Source: Octopus vulgaris (Eukaryota). From it: a DNA stretch of 64,000 nucleotides. The first letter of the stretch is position 1; the number at the start of each line of letters is the position of its first letter. This document shows positions 25,671 through 39,188 of the stretch, piece after piece. The stretch covers positions 55,986,001 to 56,050,000 of the forward strand of contig OX597828.1 in NCBI GenBank assembly GCA_951406725.2. The letters are read 5' to 3'. The notes beneath the pieces were generated by a model that searched no databases, was not told the origin of the DNA, and saw nothing but the letters and a program-made list of their open reading frames with translations. The position numbers and the translations under genes are program-made.

Positions 25671-27179
25671 ACCTTTGGAGTCCCGAGAAGTACATGATAT
25701 GAACACATTAATTTTACCTCCGCTTCCTTAAATTATATATCCAACGTTTGTCTAGGATATGAAAGTGGCGACGAGATATTTGAGGTCACACTTCTAAGCG
25801 CAATACGAAATAACTATCCTACCTTTAGGTGTGTAGACATTACGCACATCCAGTGAAGTTTAAACAAGAAAAAAACGTACCTTGAGTTATTGCCCTTAAA
25901 GACTAACGCTCTCATCGCTAGAACATGGTTGAAAGCATACAATTATAGTAACAAGAAGTAGGTAGTTTCGACGAACAAAATGTAATAATATTCAGTCATC
26001 ATTTCTGCCCCTTTTCACTATTTCACTTCACATACTTCTCTACCTTATCCTCCTTTCTTTCTCTTTCTCCTTTTCTTTCCTTCTGTCTTTTTCTCTCTTT
26101 TACATGTGTTAACCTCTAACACAGTAGCCGACCTACCGCTCTAGCCACATAAGTATTGAGATCTTTCCATGAATTTCTTAATATTTCGAAATGCTTTAAC
26201 TGATGACGGTTTACGTAATGGATGGATTTTGTAGTGTATATTACGTAAACTTGAAACGTACGTATTACATGATTTCTAAATATCCCTATCTTGATTGACT
26301 TCATTATCACAACTTTGTGTGTGTATGTGTGTATCTGTGTGTACGTGTAAGTGTGCATGTATGTACGTCTGTGTGTGTCTATGTGTGTGTGTATGCTTGT
26401 GTGTATATTTGAGACATTAATGATGATAGTTAGATATTCCATTTTTATACTTGAATAATTAATACTATCATAACAGCTTTTCATCTAATGTGGTGCGATG
26501 ACTCTTATAATAACGACTCTCAGAAAACAGTGGCGACAAAACTTTATATTTGGTAGAATATATTTCATTCAGATGTTTCCATGGGTTGTTTTGTGTTTGG
26601 TACGGTTTTATGATTGTGATTTCGGTAAAATGTTTTATAAAAATTGCATTCGTGTTTATGAGAATATGGAAGACTGTAGGTGGCAGTATATTTGTATTTT
26701 GTATTTGCGTTTTCATAATGAAAGCAACCTTGTGAATTTATTTACTGAGAAGAACTTTCCATGTATTGGCTTTTGAAGCTTAGCTATTTTATGGGGTAAA
26801 TTGCCTTCTGTTTCATTTATTGCATATTCATTTGCTTGGCAACACTTTAAAAAGTATACAAGCAAGGGAGGTCACTCTGACATTATCGTTAATTAAGGCA
26901 GGAAATATATTTGAATAAAAACGAAGAATATCTCTTATTTGGATTTAATGCTACTGCTGTTGGTATGATTTAGGGAAATTAAGAATACATCATCACATGC
27001 GAATGCGTGCTGCGATTAAGTATTTATTCTTATTCATTTTTTACAAATTAGTCTTTCAGAGTTTTTCTATATTTATTAAATTTCAAACAATCGTTGGAGG
27101 AGTCCTCTGAACACTGGCAACACACACCTGGTGTCAAAGAAATAATATAAAAGTACAATAATATTACATACAGACTTAC

Positions 27180-27615
27180 GGCGGTGAGCGGGCAGAATCG
27201 TTAGCACGCCGGGCGAAATGCTTAGTGGGATTTCGTCTGCCGCTACGTTCTGAGTTCAAATCCCGCCGAGGTTGACTTTGCCTTTCATCCTTTCGGGGTC
27301 AATAAATTAAGTACCAGTTACGCACTGGTGTCGATGTAATCGACTTAATCCGTTTGTCTCTCCTTGTTCGTCCCCTGTATGTTTAGCTCCTTGTGGGCAA
27401 TAAAGAAATAAGAATTGTTAGCACGCCGGACAAAATGATTAGTGGCATTTCATCCATACTTACGTTATGAGTTCAAATTCCGCCAAAGTCGAGTTTGCAT
27501 TCAATCTATTCCGAGTCGGTAAAATAAGTATAATTTGAACATTGTGGTCGATGTGATCGACATACATATCTCCTGACTCTGCTGGTCTTGTGCCAAAATT
27601 TGAAATCAATATTAC
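27180..27615 (+). mobile_element. Head-to-tail SINE family A dimer
   Basis: A full copy (27180-27410) is followed directly by AGAATTGTTAGCACGCCGG..., a second, more diverged copy. Confidence 0.85.
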
Positions 27616-28313
27616 ATAAGGAATTTTAAACAAAGTATTCACACACACACACACACTCGCGCGCGTGTATATGTATCAATTAACTTCTGCGGTGTTTGCA
27701 CTCTAGAAATGTTATAAGCCTTGGCATACCAAAACAAATCAATGAAAAACAACACAGCACACAATTGATCTCTTCATGCTCCCACATGCAGACATACGTC
27801 ATTAAATTTTGTAAAATAGACACAATCAAACATACTTTCACACATGTACTTCCATCAGTAAATGAACACGAAAACACTGAACCCTCTCAAACATAAAAAT
27901 CAATGAAAGAGTAAATCAAATAAAGAGAAAAAAATACGAGAACAAAACACAATTGTTTACTCCACTCTTTTTGTTTTAAGAATCAATATACAATGATGGA
28001 ATAATAGACTTTACTCCACAAAACCTGACGAGCCATGTTATTTTGAAAATAATGGTTGTATAAGGACAGCAAATGAAATTGCTAATACACACGCACACAC
28101 AACGGCACATACAAGCATACATCTATGTATGTATATATGTTCGCGCGTGTGTGCATGTCTGAGGAGGAAGAAATATAAAATGTTTGAACCGCATCATAGT
28201 TTAGTGCAGTGTAATGTGAACTGGTTGTTAGTAAAATAAAATGGCATCATGTTGTATAACGATATATATTGTTAAACCTCCCAACACAGAAAATAATGCT
28301 TTTTATTTTACAG

Positions 28314-28501
28314 GAGTATTGGTTTATTTTGCCATGAAGAAGAACCAGGATGTATTTCACTCGTGAACGATTGCTGCGTGAATTTGAAAAGCTGTCGCAC
28401 AAGATCTGACATCAACACATTTTTTGAGACGTTATTATGTAATATTGTCAGTTCGGAATATGGAGGACAGTTCGATGTTTTTTCCTCTCTTATTGCATCA
28501 G
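28314..28501 (+). CDS. ECT2L: ECT2L exon 10
   Basis: TTTACAG| (K)SIGLFCHEEEPGCISLV...SSEYGGQFDVFSSLIAS |GTTAGT; matches vertebrate SIGIF..EEGGHVDFFVPLGAS; phase 2 to 1. Confidence 0.93.
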
Positions 28502-29494
28502 GTTAGTAATGATATTAAAATTGTTATAAGATAAATTAATAACATATTTACTGAGTTTCACTTTTATCACCTCATCATTCATATTAATGGAGAAAGTATA
28601 CAAAATCAATTAATAAGCGAAAATTCATGGATATCTTAATCAAATTCTAAATTTTAACATTTTTATTTGTTAAATTAGTGCATTTTCTTTCGATCTAATT
28701 TAGTTCAAATAAAACCAAATATATAGATTCTGAAATAAGTGGGGTTATAACAGGCTAATGAAAAGCTGGTAGGCGGGGTAAAACTTCGATATTAGCGTCG
28801 GAAACAGAATTAGTTCCAAATAGCATTCTGCACATCTTAACGGTAGATGTACCGTAGAAAGCCACATCACTGCGGTATTTCTCTCGAGAAAGCATCTCGT
28901 ATAAAGCAGACAATAGACTCAATAGCATCTAACAGAGACTGCTGAATTTCTAAACCCGAATATCTACGTCTTTGCGGATCATCAGTGGTAGTAGCTCACT
29001 ATCATATATCAACCTTAAGGAAGATATTTAGAAACCTGTCCTGAATTAATACAGCTTCTGTTACTAATAAGGATTTTTTGCTCAGCCCGTCAGCTACTTT
29101 CAAATTTGCGATTTGTTAATCATTGTATTTTTTTCTATATCAGTAGAGGCTAACTTTGTCTAAGCATGCGGCTGATATTCCATACATGCTTCTGTAGTTG
29201 GTGAAAGATTTTCATAAAAGTTGTCGACTGCTTAAGAAAGATATAAGTAAAACCGAGTGACACGAATGTCTGCGATTGAAACTCTTCGTATTGAGTGTGT
29301 ATACAGTTTCTTTGTTCAGTTATTGTAATAGAGATATATTTAGGTAAGTCGCATGTGTGTGTGTGAAATTCGTGCGAAATGTCTGTAATTCTTATGTGTA
29401 TTTGTGTGCGTGTGTGTGAAAGTGAAAGAGTGTGTGTGTGTGTTTGTGAAATTGAAAGAATGTGTGTGTATGTGTGCGTGTGCATTCGCGAGTG

Positions 29495-29536
<42 letters not shown>

Positions 29537-29649
29537 CATTGGTCTTTATATGTCAATGTTAGTGAAGTGATTTTATTGTGAATCAAGAACGCGTCAGTTT
29601 TCGTATTATGCTATCATATAACTATTGTTCTTTTTCTTTTGCCTCGTAG

Positions 29650-29739
29650 AAAACGGGACAGATTTAATGGTAGAACTTAAATCGGTGACAAATATGAAAA
29701 TTTCATCTCCATCTTCAGTTATAGGAGGACCAAAGAAAG
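29650..29739 (+). CDS. ECT2L: ECT2L exon 11
   Basis: CTCGTAG| (E)NGTDLMVELKSVTNMKISSPSSVIGGPKK |GTATGC; aligns with [22 protein letters not shown]; phase 1/1. Confidence 0.9.
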
Positions 29740-31065
29740 GTATGCTGAATAATTAATGTATCTTTAATGGGATATTGAAGCGTTGCTCAATTTGTTTCAT
29801 ATTTTTCGCTGAGTCTCTTTTTCACTTTCGTTTAGTCAGGGCAGAATGGCATTACTCATTTCCGATTACATGAGCCTCCGATACAGTATTAACGAAAATA
29901 TCCTCAAAACAGATGTCTAGCTGAATAATTGAAACGGAGAGAACTTCGCTAAAAGCACCAGTGAACCATGTAAGACAACAAACTAAGTAGTTGTTCTACA
30001 CTGAACGGCGAATGAACTATACTGTCCTGGTTCGCTATTATGAGATTTGAGATCACAACACAAAGAGCAGCTACAAATATCTCAAGGTATCTCATCCGAC
30101 CCGCTAACGTTTGCAGCAATACGCCACACAATAGTTATCGACCTTGGAAGGATGACAGGTGGAGTTGGACAGGGGGATGTATCAACTCACAATACCAATG
30201 TTTTAATGATTGTGCTAGTCCGGCGTCTAATTGTTGGTGTCAATTTTGAACATATTTTATAACAACTGCTTAGTTCTAGTACAACTTTATATAAAACAAG
30301 AGCGTGTGAATATCTTATAGGTCTTCCAATAGCTGTTTAAATTATTCATACCATAAGATATTAGTTTCTCTCATTCAACGTCTATAATTAATTTGTTTTG
30401 CGTAGCTAACTTCTAAATCATTAGCTATTTATACCATCAGGTTCAAAACTCGTTCTTCACTCGAAAAGTTACTCGAAAGAGGCAACAACCCCGTATTACA
30501 GGTACTTATTATGTACAGCATCTTCGTGTGTATACTATCAAACAATTAGGCCTCTCGTTCAGAGTCCATGCTAAGAGTCATAGAGAAGTACAGCTTCAGA
30601 GATTGCTTTCAAGAAATCCATTTTCATATTGTCATGTATGGCGGAGTTCGATATATCGATCAGCTTGAGGAAGATAATGGATATCAAATTGAGGAAGATG
30701 TTTGACATTTAATCTTATTGTCATTAGTCGCGATATAAACTACCGTGAAAAAGATACTGATATGGTCATGCAACCGACATTGTGCTGCTTCTAACATCAT
30801 ACTGCTCAACACCCAATAAAAAGAGAAAGCAAGCAGAACAATTGGAAATATAAGAAGATGGCTCTAAGTCGTCACTACGGAAACCTGTCGAATCGCTCTG
30901 AAATCGCACTCTACTGATTTATAACAATGAAACATTGCCCAATCGAGGCAGATCGGATGGTGAGGCTCAAATGAATTTTGGAAACTTCATGACATAATAA
31001 ACTTTTATATGTGGCTACAGAAAAGAATGAAACATCGAGTAATATTCTTTCTATTAAAGGTACAT

Positions 31066-31525
31066 AGAGGCCTGAAATTTGGTGGGTAGTGGGGTTTAGT
31101 TGGTTATATCGACCCCAGTTTTTCACTGTTACTCAATTTATCGATCCCGAGAGGATAAAAGGCAATGTCGACCTCGGTAAAATTTTAACTCAGAACGTAG
31201 CGACGGGCGAAATACCGCTAAATATTTCATCCAGCGTGCTAAGGATTCTGTCAGCTCGCCGCCTTGAAACGTCGAGTAATATAATATAATACTGTCCCTA
31301 TTACTGCTCCCTAGAGACGTCTGCTCAGCCTACGCATACGCGCGAATACACATCGACTCATTTTTGGCCAGCAATTTTAGGAACAGGGAAAAAGTAGATT
31401 ACATCGACCCAATATTTCACAGGTATTTTCTTTTAAGAATCTGAAACTATAAAAGGCTCAGTCGACCTCGGCAGCATTTGAACACAAAACGTAAAGAGCT
31501 GAAGAACTGCTACAAAGCATTTTGT
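31066..31525 (-). mobile_element. Two SINE family A variants (about 31066-31265 and 31365-31525)
   Basis: Reverse-complement Meta-like core and head in both. Confidence 0.7.
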
Positions 31526-31891
31526 ACAACATAATTATAGGTATTAAGGACTCAGTCAGCCATACACACACATGGGCAAAAAAAAGCTCTATGTAACATA
31601 ACTTATACACTGCATATGTGTACGCAGACGTGTATATATATACATACTAAACCCCAAACATATACAGACACACAGACACATACGTATGTTTACATGCATA
31701 CAAACATACACACACACATATATATATATACACACACATACATATACATATATATATATAATATATTTGTATATATATATATGTGTGTGTGTGTGTGAGT
31801 GTGTGTGTGTGTGTATGTGTGTGTGTGTGTGTGTGTGTATGTATAATCATATTTCTATTTTTATAAATTATTCTTTGCTTCTGTGTTTCAG

Positions 31892-32080
31892 TTCTTGGCA
31901 TTTGGTTATATGAAAATCACGAGTTCGCAGGTTGTTCTTCATTGAACTACTTCGATAAGAACAAGCTAAACAGTTGGGTTAACACGGCGAAGCTGACAGA
32001 GGAAGCTGTATCCCATTGCAAACAAAACCTCGCTCTATACTTCGACCAATTCCAACAGAACATTATGTACCGACTTGTAG
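31892..32080 (+). CDS. ECT2L: ECT2L exon 12
   Basis: GTTTCAG| (V)LGIWLYENHEFAGCSSLNYFDKNKLNSWVNTAKLTEEAVSHCKQNLALYFDQFQQNIMYRLV(G) |GTATGT; aligns with ILSDWL..YFCESKLQTW..LEETL..GRMIG. Confidence 0.93.
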
Positions 32081-32558
32081 GTATGTGTTCTAATAATAGA
32101 AAAATCAATACCCTATACTAAACCTATTTTATTCGTTATTTTTATGCTTAGTTACGGTGAGTGTATGTGGTGTGAGGAATAGCTTAGCATAATGTGATGG
32201 AGTGAATTTATAAAACCGAAGACATTCATGACCATAATAGCTATAATATTTTTCTTATATGCACTTCGAGTACAATATACTAATTAGAAATGCGTCTATG
32301 TCTATTTACAGCAGTAATGACTATCGGGTTCGTTAAGAGAAATGTAACATCACGTTAAGTTTCAGGACCCAAAGATTTAATTAAAGGTTATAATAACATT
32401 TGACATTCAGCTGTTTGCTCTAGCATATAAGATTTATTTTACACTAGTGCAAGCGATGCATGCACATGTCCACGCGCGTGCACACACATACACACACACA
32501 CACACACACCACATATACACACGCGTACGTGCTCACGTATGTATACAGTATATACATA

Positions 32559-32603
<45 letters not shown>

Positions 32604-32987
32604 GTGTGGTGGGGGCGCTTGTGCGTAAACAGTTTAGTTATATAATGCACCATGCGGATGCTGTAGGATGCATCGTCAATAACGCTTCTGCTGTCAGAAC
32701 TGGACAGCTATAACGAAGCATGGACACATTGAACTTTGAAATAGCTTAGTGGCTTGAACTAATGAAACTTAGAGGAGTTGGTCATGGAAGTACGAAGACT
32801 TTGGCGTGATGTATATCTCCATGGCATAAAACGGTGTAGTAATACAGTATTTTACACCATTTTAGACCTTCCCCTACTTTGTCGCTATTCTCTCTTTCTC
32901 TAAATACCAAGGAATACTCTTCACCCAATTACATCCCAATTTGAACTAATATATATACATATACATATATGTGCGTATATGTTTTAG

Positions 32988-33024
<37 letters not shown>

Positions 33025-33722
33025 ATGTATGCGCATGCATGTATAGATTCATATTTGTTTGTTGTGGTTGTGCATAAATGTATATATGTGTACACGTGCG
33101 TTCATGTTATTTCGTATTTTTCGCTTATTTTAAACAAAATTATGAAAGAATTTCCGTATATTTTTTTCTGTCGTTTTAAATGTCTTTTATGTTCTCAAGA
33201 TACATCTCTTTCACACTGAACCCTTTCAAAGAACATCGTAAAATATTAAACTCAAATTAAATTATTTCCGATCCTAAAATAGATACGCTGCTTCTTTTTA
33301 ATGCCAACCTTATGGGATCACTAATATATTTAAACTAATGCAGTGCAACATGTAATAGAAGCATTTTAAAGTACCAAGAAAACAGTAGATAATGAATTAG
33401 AATAAGAAATGTTTAATTGAATTACAGGTCACTGTCAGGAGAATTGTCTTCGTCGTTTTCATTTTTGTGGAATCCTGCGTAGTTGTATAGGATACCGTAC
33501 ATATATCGGCATGTATAATAAGTGTTTCGTGTAGAATTAACAGATAGTAGAGTTTACGCTTTAAAACTCATACACACAACCAGTCTCTAACTTTCATTTA
33601 CAAATACACACATAAAATAACCATAAACAACACTCTTAAAGAAGCAAATTTACAAACACGTTTTCATTATTAAATTGCGCCTTTCCTTTCTGTTGTTATC
33701 TTGTTTACAGTGATACTAGGTT

Positions 33723-34630
33723 TATAAGTGGGAGTGTGGATATGATATGTTATCATTAAGTCCTAAATTTTCACTTCTAATGCATTTTAGGCGTTTATTG
33801 TTTATTACCATTAATTTTTTCAGACAAACAAAAAAGGAAGTGTGGAAGCCCTAGATTCGTAGCGATTTAATGATAAGCTTAAATTCTGGCGTTCATTTTC
33901 AAACACTTTGCTGATATGTGTTCTCATATTCTCAAATGTAAATATTGGTCTCTATGACTTAATCATCGAGGTTTTTGATATTTCTTCGAAATAACCTTGA
34001 TTTATAGAATAACGCACGCGTAAATTGTATTACCTGGATTATGTCCCAATCCACTATCTAGAGGAAGCCATACCAATAACAGTTAAACACTCTATAACGT
34101 AATTAGTACTACCACCATCAAGAAATTATTCACATGACAATACAGGACATATTGGTTCGAAATTTTAACAAAAGGCAAGCAAATCCCGGAGGCGGTTAAG
34201 TCAGGTACATCGCTCCCAGTGCTGAACTTGTTCAAATAGGCAGCTAAATAACTGTGAAATCCTATTTTATGTCCTCAAACAACAAGGAATTTGGTTTATG
34301 TGGCCCTTATACGGAGAGTCTGAAAAGTTCGCGATTGCCCTTGCTGGAACGTTCTGGTTAAAGGTCTTCTTAAAGACAAAACAGCGAAATGTTAAAAATA
34401 TTTTCTTTCGATTGCACCACACTGCAAAACTCATTACATTTTCCCTTAATATTACGTGTATAAGTGAGTGTGGATATGATATGTTACTATTAAGCCCTAA
34501 ATTTTCACTTCTAATGCATATTAAGCGTTTATTGTTTATTACCATTAATTTTTTCAGACAAACAAAGAAGGAAGTGTGGAAGCACTAGATTCGTAACGAT
34601 TTAGTGATAAGCTTCAATTCTGGCGTTCAT
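33723..34630 (+). repeat. Local direct duplication of about 175 bp (33723-33896 and 34459-34630)
   Basis: Two closely similar copies of TATAAGTG..GATATGATATGTTA..TTAATTTTTTCAGACAAACAA..AATTCTGGCGTTCAT. Confidence 0.92.
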
Positions 34631-35171
34631 ATGCGTTCATATGTGTTCAAGCTGAACCCCTGTCACTTCGACCTTCTCAGTTCTATGAGAGCCAGTAAAA
34701 GTATGCAAAAATAATTAAAAACTCATATCAGCAATAACCAATTAGTTACAACAAAAGCAGATGTAGTAGTTTTAACCAGAATACTAATTTGTTAATACGT
34801 TAAAATGTATTACATCATCAATGGGCTTTCATATTTTGTGTTGTCTACAATTTTGTCGGCGGCCATATTAAGTAGAACTTTGATCGCATTACACAAATTA
34901 TGGGCCAAATATGTTTAAGTCATAAATCAGTGGAGAGAATACAGTTCAGACTAGTCTGCGACAGAAGGGTAGGAGTAAACGAATCGGTGTAGCGATAGTT
35001 ATTGGGAGAAGAAAAAAAACAGCGAAATAAACTATGTAACAAATAAAAAACGGTAAAGTAAAAAATCATTTGATGGTGAAAAATGAGAATTGAGAATGTT
35101 CGAAAAAAGATGTATGTCTCTGTATATTTGTATATGTGCTTGTGTGTGTGTGTGTGTGAGTGTGTATGTGT

Positions 35172-35205
<34 letters not shown>

Positions 35206-35759
35206 TGGCTAGAAAAACATGAGTGAAAAGAAAGGAATATTCCTAATGATGGCAAAATATGAGTATAAAATCGAATAGTAAATAATGTGAGAAATGTAGA
35301 GAGTAAGTCAAAGATGCAAATAGGAAATAACATTGGGACTTCGGTAGAGAGAGGGTGAGAGTGAGACAGAAAGAGACGATTGTACTCGTGTGTGTCTGTG
35401 TGTATGTGAGACCGTATGTAATATGTACAGAGAAAACGAGCAAAGGTTAGTATGATACTGATTAGTGAGAAAGTTGAAAGTCAACCCAAAGTTTATGAGA
35501 GACAGAGGGAAAGGAAGAAACAAAGAAAGAGAGGGGAAATAAAAAGGGAGAGAGAGAGGAGAAGAGAGGAAGAGAACAAATATGATCAGTTATTTGAATA
35601 TCTGAAGCAGAGATAAATAGATTAAAAGAAGTATGAAATTATTGGTAGAAATCATGGGTTATTTAGCTATAAACAAAATGGTAAATAGAGAGACAGAAAG
35701 ACTGAGAAAGAAGAAAAGAGACTAGGAGAAAGTGAGAAACTAAAAGAGAGAGAGGGAGA

Positions 35760-35800
<41 letters not shown>

Positions 35801-36156
35801 GAGTAGTAATGCTTTGTTTTGGAATCGCTCCTTTGTTTGGGAAACATATTAAATTCTTGATAGTTCCTCGTATGCCGATCCTAAAATTTTGGATGGTCGC
35901 TTCATACAGGACCATATTTGTTTTCGAGGTGTCTTTAGAGAAAAGTACACGGTTGCAAATATTCAAGCCAATGCACCAGTTTGTTTATACCTTCAAAACA
36001 CCTCTCTTGAACCCTGCAAAATACAAACAAAGCACAATAAAGGGGGGGAAAATGGCAATATTAAGGTAGTTGAGCCTTCTACACATCTAGCGTGTTCTAA
36101 TGTGTAGCATCAATTCTTAATCAGTAATATTTCACTTCATATATATTACGTGACGT

Positions 36157-36450
36157 GGAGGCGCAATGGCCCAGTGGTTAGGGCAACAGACTCGCGGTCG
36201 TAGGATCGTGGTTTCGATTCCCAGACCGGGCGTTGTGAGTGTTTATTGAGCAAAAACACTTGAAGCTCCACGTGGCCCCGGCAGGGGATGGTGGCGATCC
36301 ATGTTGTACTCTTTCACCGCAATTTTCTTTCACTCTTCCTTCTGTTGGACTGCTCGCTTAGCCAGCGAGGTGGCGTCATTTGAAGGCTAAAACAATGCGA
36401 AGAGCATTGGGACCAGCGATGTGTAGCAACATCTGATAACCTGGTCGGTC
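36157..36450 (+). mobile_element. SINE family C
   Basis: GGAGGCGCAATGGCCCAGTGGTTAGGGC..GGTTTCGATTCCCAGACCGGG tRNA-like head; its tail matches 11860-11900 in reverse. Confidence 0.85.
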
Positions 36451-36684
36451 AGTTTTGCATAATAAGTACAAAAAAATGAACGGTTTTCTCTGAAAAATCT
36501 GACACTGTCTAAAATATATGAAGAAATACTATTCATAAACGACATAATACATATATGTAGCAGTTTTGAGGCGTGAGTGTATGTATATGTGTACATATCT
36601 GTATGTGTATGTGTTTATACGTATGTATGTGTAAATTTATTAGCATATGTATGTGCTTATCCATGCATGTACGTATGTATGTAG

Positions 36685-36721
<37 letters not shown>

Positions 36722-36957
36722 TATATGTATATATATGTATGTATATATCTCACTGCTCGAGCGTTAAACTAATACATCTGTTTGTTCCTTACACACCCGT
36801 GTGCATATTTTGCTTTGTTTTTTTTTTGGTAAATTCCAACTATATATGTTTGTAAGCATGTATGCATGCATGTATGTGTGCATTTATGTATGTATGTATA
36901 CATATGTGTGAATGATATATATTTATATATATATGCATATATATATATTTATATATC

Positions 36958-36999
<42 letters not shown>

Positions 37000-37093
37000 T
37001 ATATATATACATATATATATATGCATATATATATTTATATATATATGCATATATATATACATATGTATATATACATATATATATATATATGCA

Positions 37094-37132
<39 letters not shown>

Positions 37133-37287
37133 CACATACACATCTATTATTGTCCACTTATTGATTTTCACGTATTGGCATATTTTTTCTTTTCCTAGAC
37201 TCCACATATTTTTTTGTCTTGGTTCCTCGTGTTTTCATGAGTAGCAGAACTAAAATTAGTAGCTGCAGAAGCAGTAGTGGTATAAGT

Positions 37288-37294
37288 TATAGTG

Positions 37295-37362
<68 letters not shown>

Positions 37363-37381
37363 TAATGTTGTTGTTGTTGCT
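37288..37381. repeat. (GGT)n/(AGT)n/(GTT)n compound microsatellite
   Basis: Directly visible. Confidence 0.9.
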
Positions 37382-39130
37382 GGTAGTGATGGTAGTGTAC
37401 ATGGTTTTGGTTTTCTAATTTACTCTTCGTCGTTTTTGAGCTTGGAATAATGTATAACAAGAACAACACTGGGAAATAACCTAGAGTGAGAGTGAGAGGG
37501 GAAAGAGAGAAAAGGAGGGAGAAAGAACAGTAAGTAGGGGCGTGTAGATGTTTTTAAGTGAATGATATATATGCGGAAGGGGGAGATCCCACACACACAC
37601 ACACAGAGGGTGTGGAAAGAAAATGAAAGACCATGATAAAATGGAGAAGAGGAAGAGAAAAGGACGGAGAAGAAAACATACAGAAGTAACGTAGAGGGAA
37701 ATAGAGAGGCGAAGAGGAGAGAAAGAGGGAGGATATGAAGAATGTGCCTGCGATTTATTAGATAACCAGTTTCTATGTTATATTTTCTATATTGCACATG
37801 TCAGATCTTCATATGCTTTTACTAATTAATTTCCTATCTTAAATTTAATCCGTGACCTACCGTTACTCTGTTGTTCACAGGCAAATAGCTGAATCGTCAG
37901 ATCTTTGAACAACATGATTTGTTGTATTCTGAGTTCAAATATACTGGAGTTAATTCTGTCTATCATAAATCGGGATTAATAAATATCAGTCCAATGCTTA
38001 GAACCTGTTCTTTTCTGAATTGTATGTAATTCAAACGCTCAGTCGTATTACATCACGTTATGTTGATTCGTCCGGGGAATCAGCTTAGGGTACGCGTCAA
38101 TGAATTACTGGTCATTGAAAATGACAGAGAAAAACAAAATATGAAACTAAAGACAAAAGGAGACAAATCCTGTATGTGATCCGTGGATGAACCAGCAGCC
38201 CATTATATTTGAAATCACACGCAAGAAACTTATAGGATGCAATGATACACTAAAAAAAAATGTACAAATAGATGTATTCTTAGTAAATAAAAGCAGATTT
38301 GTTGGGGATGGAATACTCATTTTCAGAGATTTTCTTGCTCGGAATTTATCTAACGATAAACCGGAAGCAACAAGGTTTTTTACTGTTAAGTTCTTTCCCC
38401 TTATTTTCGGTGGTCGTAGTTTCCCCCTATTCTTTTACAAGTTAGAGTTGGTGAAGGAATACTTATGCTATTTCAAAGTTCACCAAGCTCACCAAGATTT
38501 CAAAGCTCACCTTGATTTTAGAGTATACACAGCTGACCTTCATGTTAGAAATCAGTATTGGTGTGCAAGGAGAAAAATTTTCTTGAAGTTACTCTACTTT
38601 CCTTAAGATTAAACATTGCTTAAAGGGTTTAGTTCAAGATCTTGAGATGAGTCGCCCCAAAGATTACGGGGAAGGAAGATATAAGAGTGTCAAGAGTGCC
38701 ATATGAGAGACAGGTAGGGAGCTGAAGGACGAGAAGCAGTGTATGGATTTTGGTGATGAATGAAAAATTGCCATCCAATCAAACGCTTCTCTTTTGATTG
38801 CAATTAAGCTATTTACGCGAGCAGCATCAATGCTATCATAGCTAGATGAATTATTCTTCAGCGTACGTCTTAAGCCAAATTTTAAAGTTCTTCATTTAAA
38901 ATATATTAAAATTATTTCTGAGGCTGATGCCATCATCATTAGAGTTGCCGCGAGATAATTAAGCTCATGATGGTTCTGAGGCCAACAACACGTCTAAAAG
39001 GATCTGTAAGTCAATGAAATCAGTCGTAACCGGAAATCATACGCACACACACATGCATATATATATACGCACACTCACACACACACACACACTCTCTCTC
39101 TCTCTTTCTCTTTCACACACACACACACAC

Positions 39131-39188
<58 letters not shown>

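Noticed and set aside
30040-30249. Cys-rich 69-aa ORF ending CINSQYQCFNDCASPASNCWCQF
   Set aside because: Overlaps a decayed SINE core (TATCGACCTTGGAAGGATGACAGG); no signal peptide or splice support.
35809-36107. Non-repetitive stretch with overlapping ORFs on both strands and a strong minus-strand acceptor
   Set aside because: No recognisable protein, stops soon after the acceptor in all frames, and not phase-compatible with ECT2L.
36157-36230. tRNA-like sequence with box A and box B (also at other SINE heads)
   Set aside because: These are SINE heads continuing into repeat bodies, not complete tRNA cloverleaves.
38187-38606. 139-aa + strand ORF
   Set aside because: No motif, AT-rich codon content and no role in the ECT2L exon chain.
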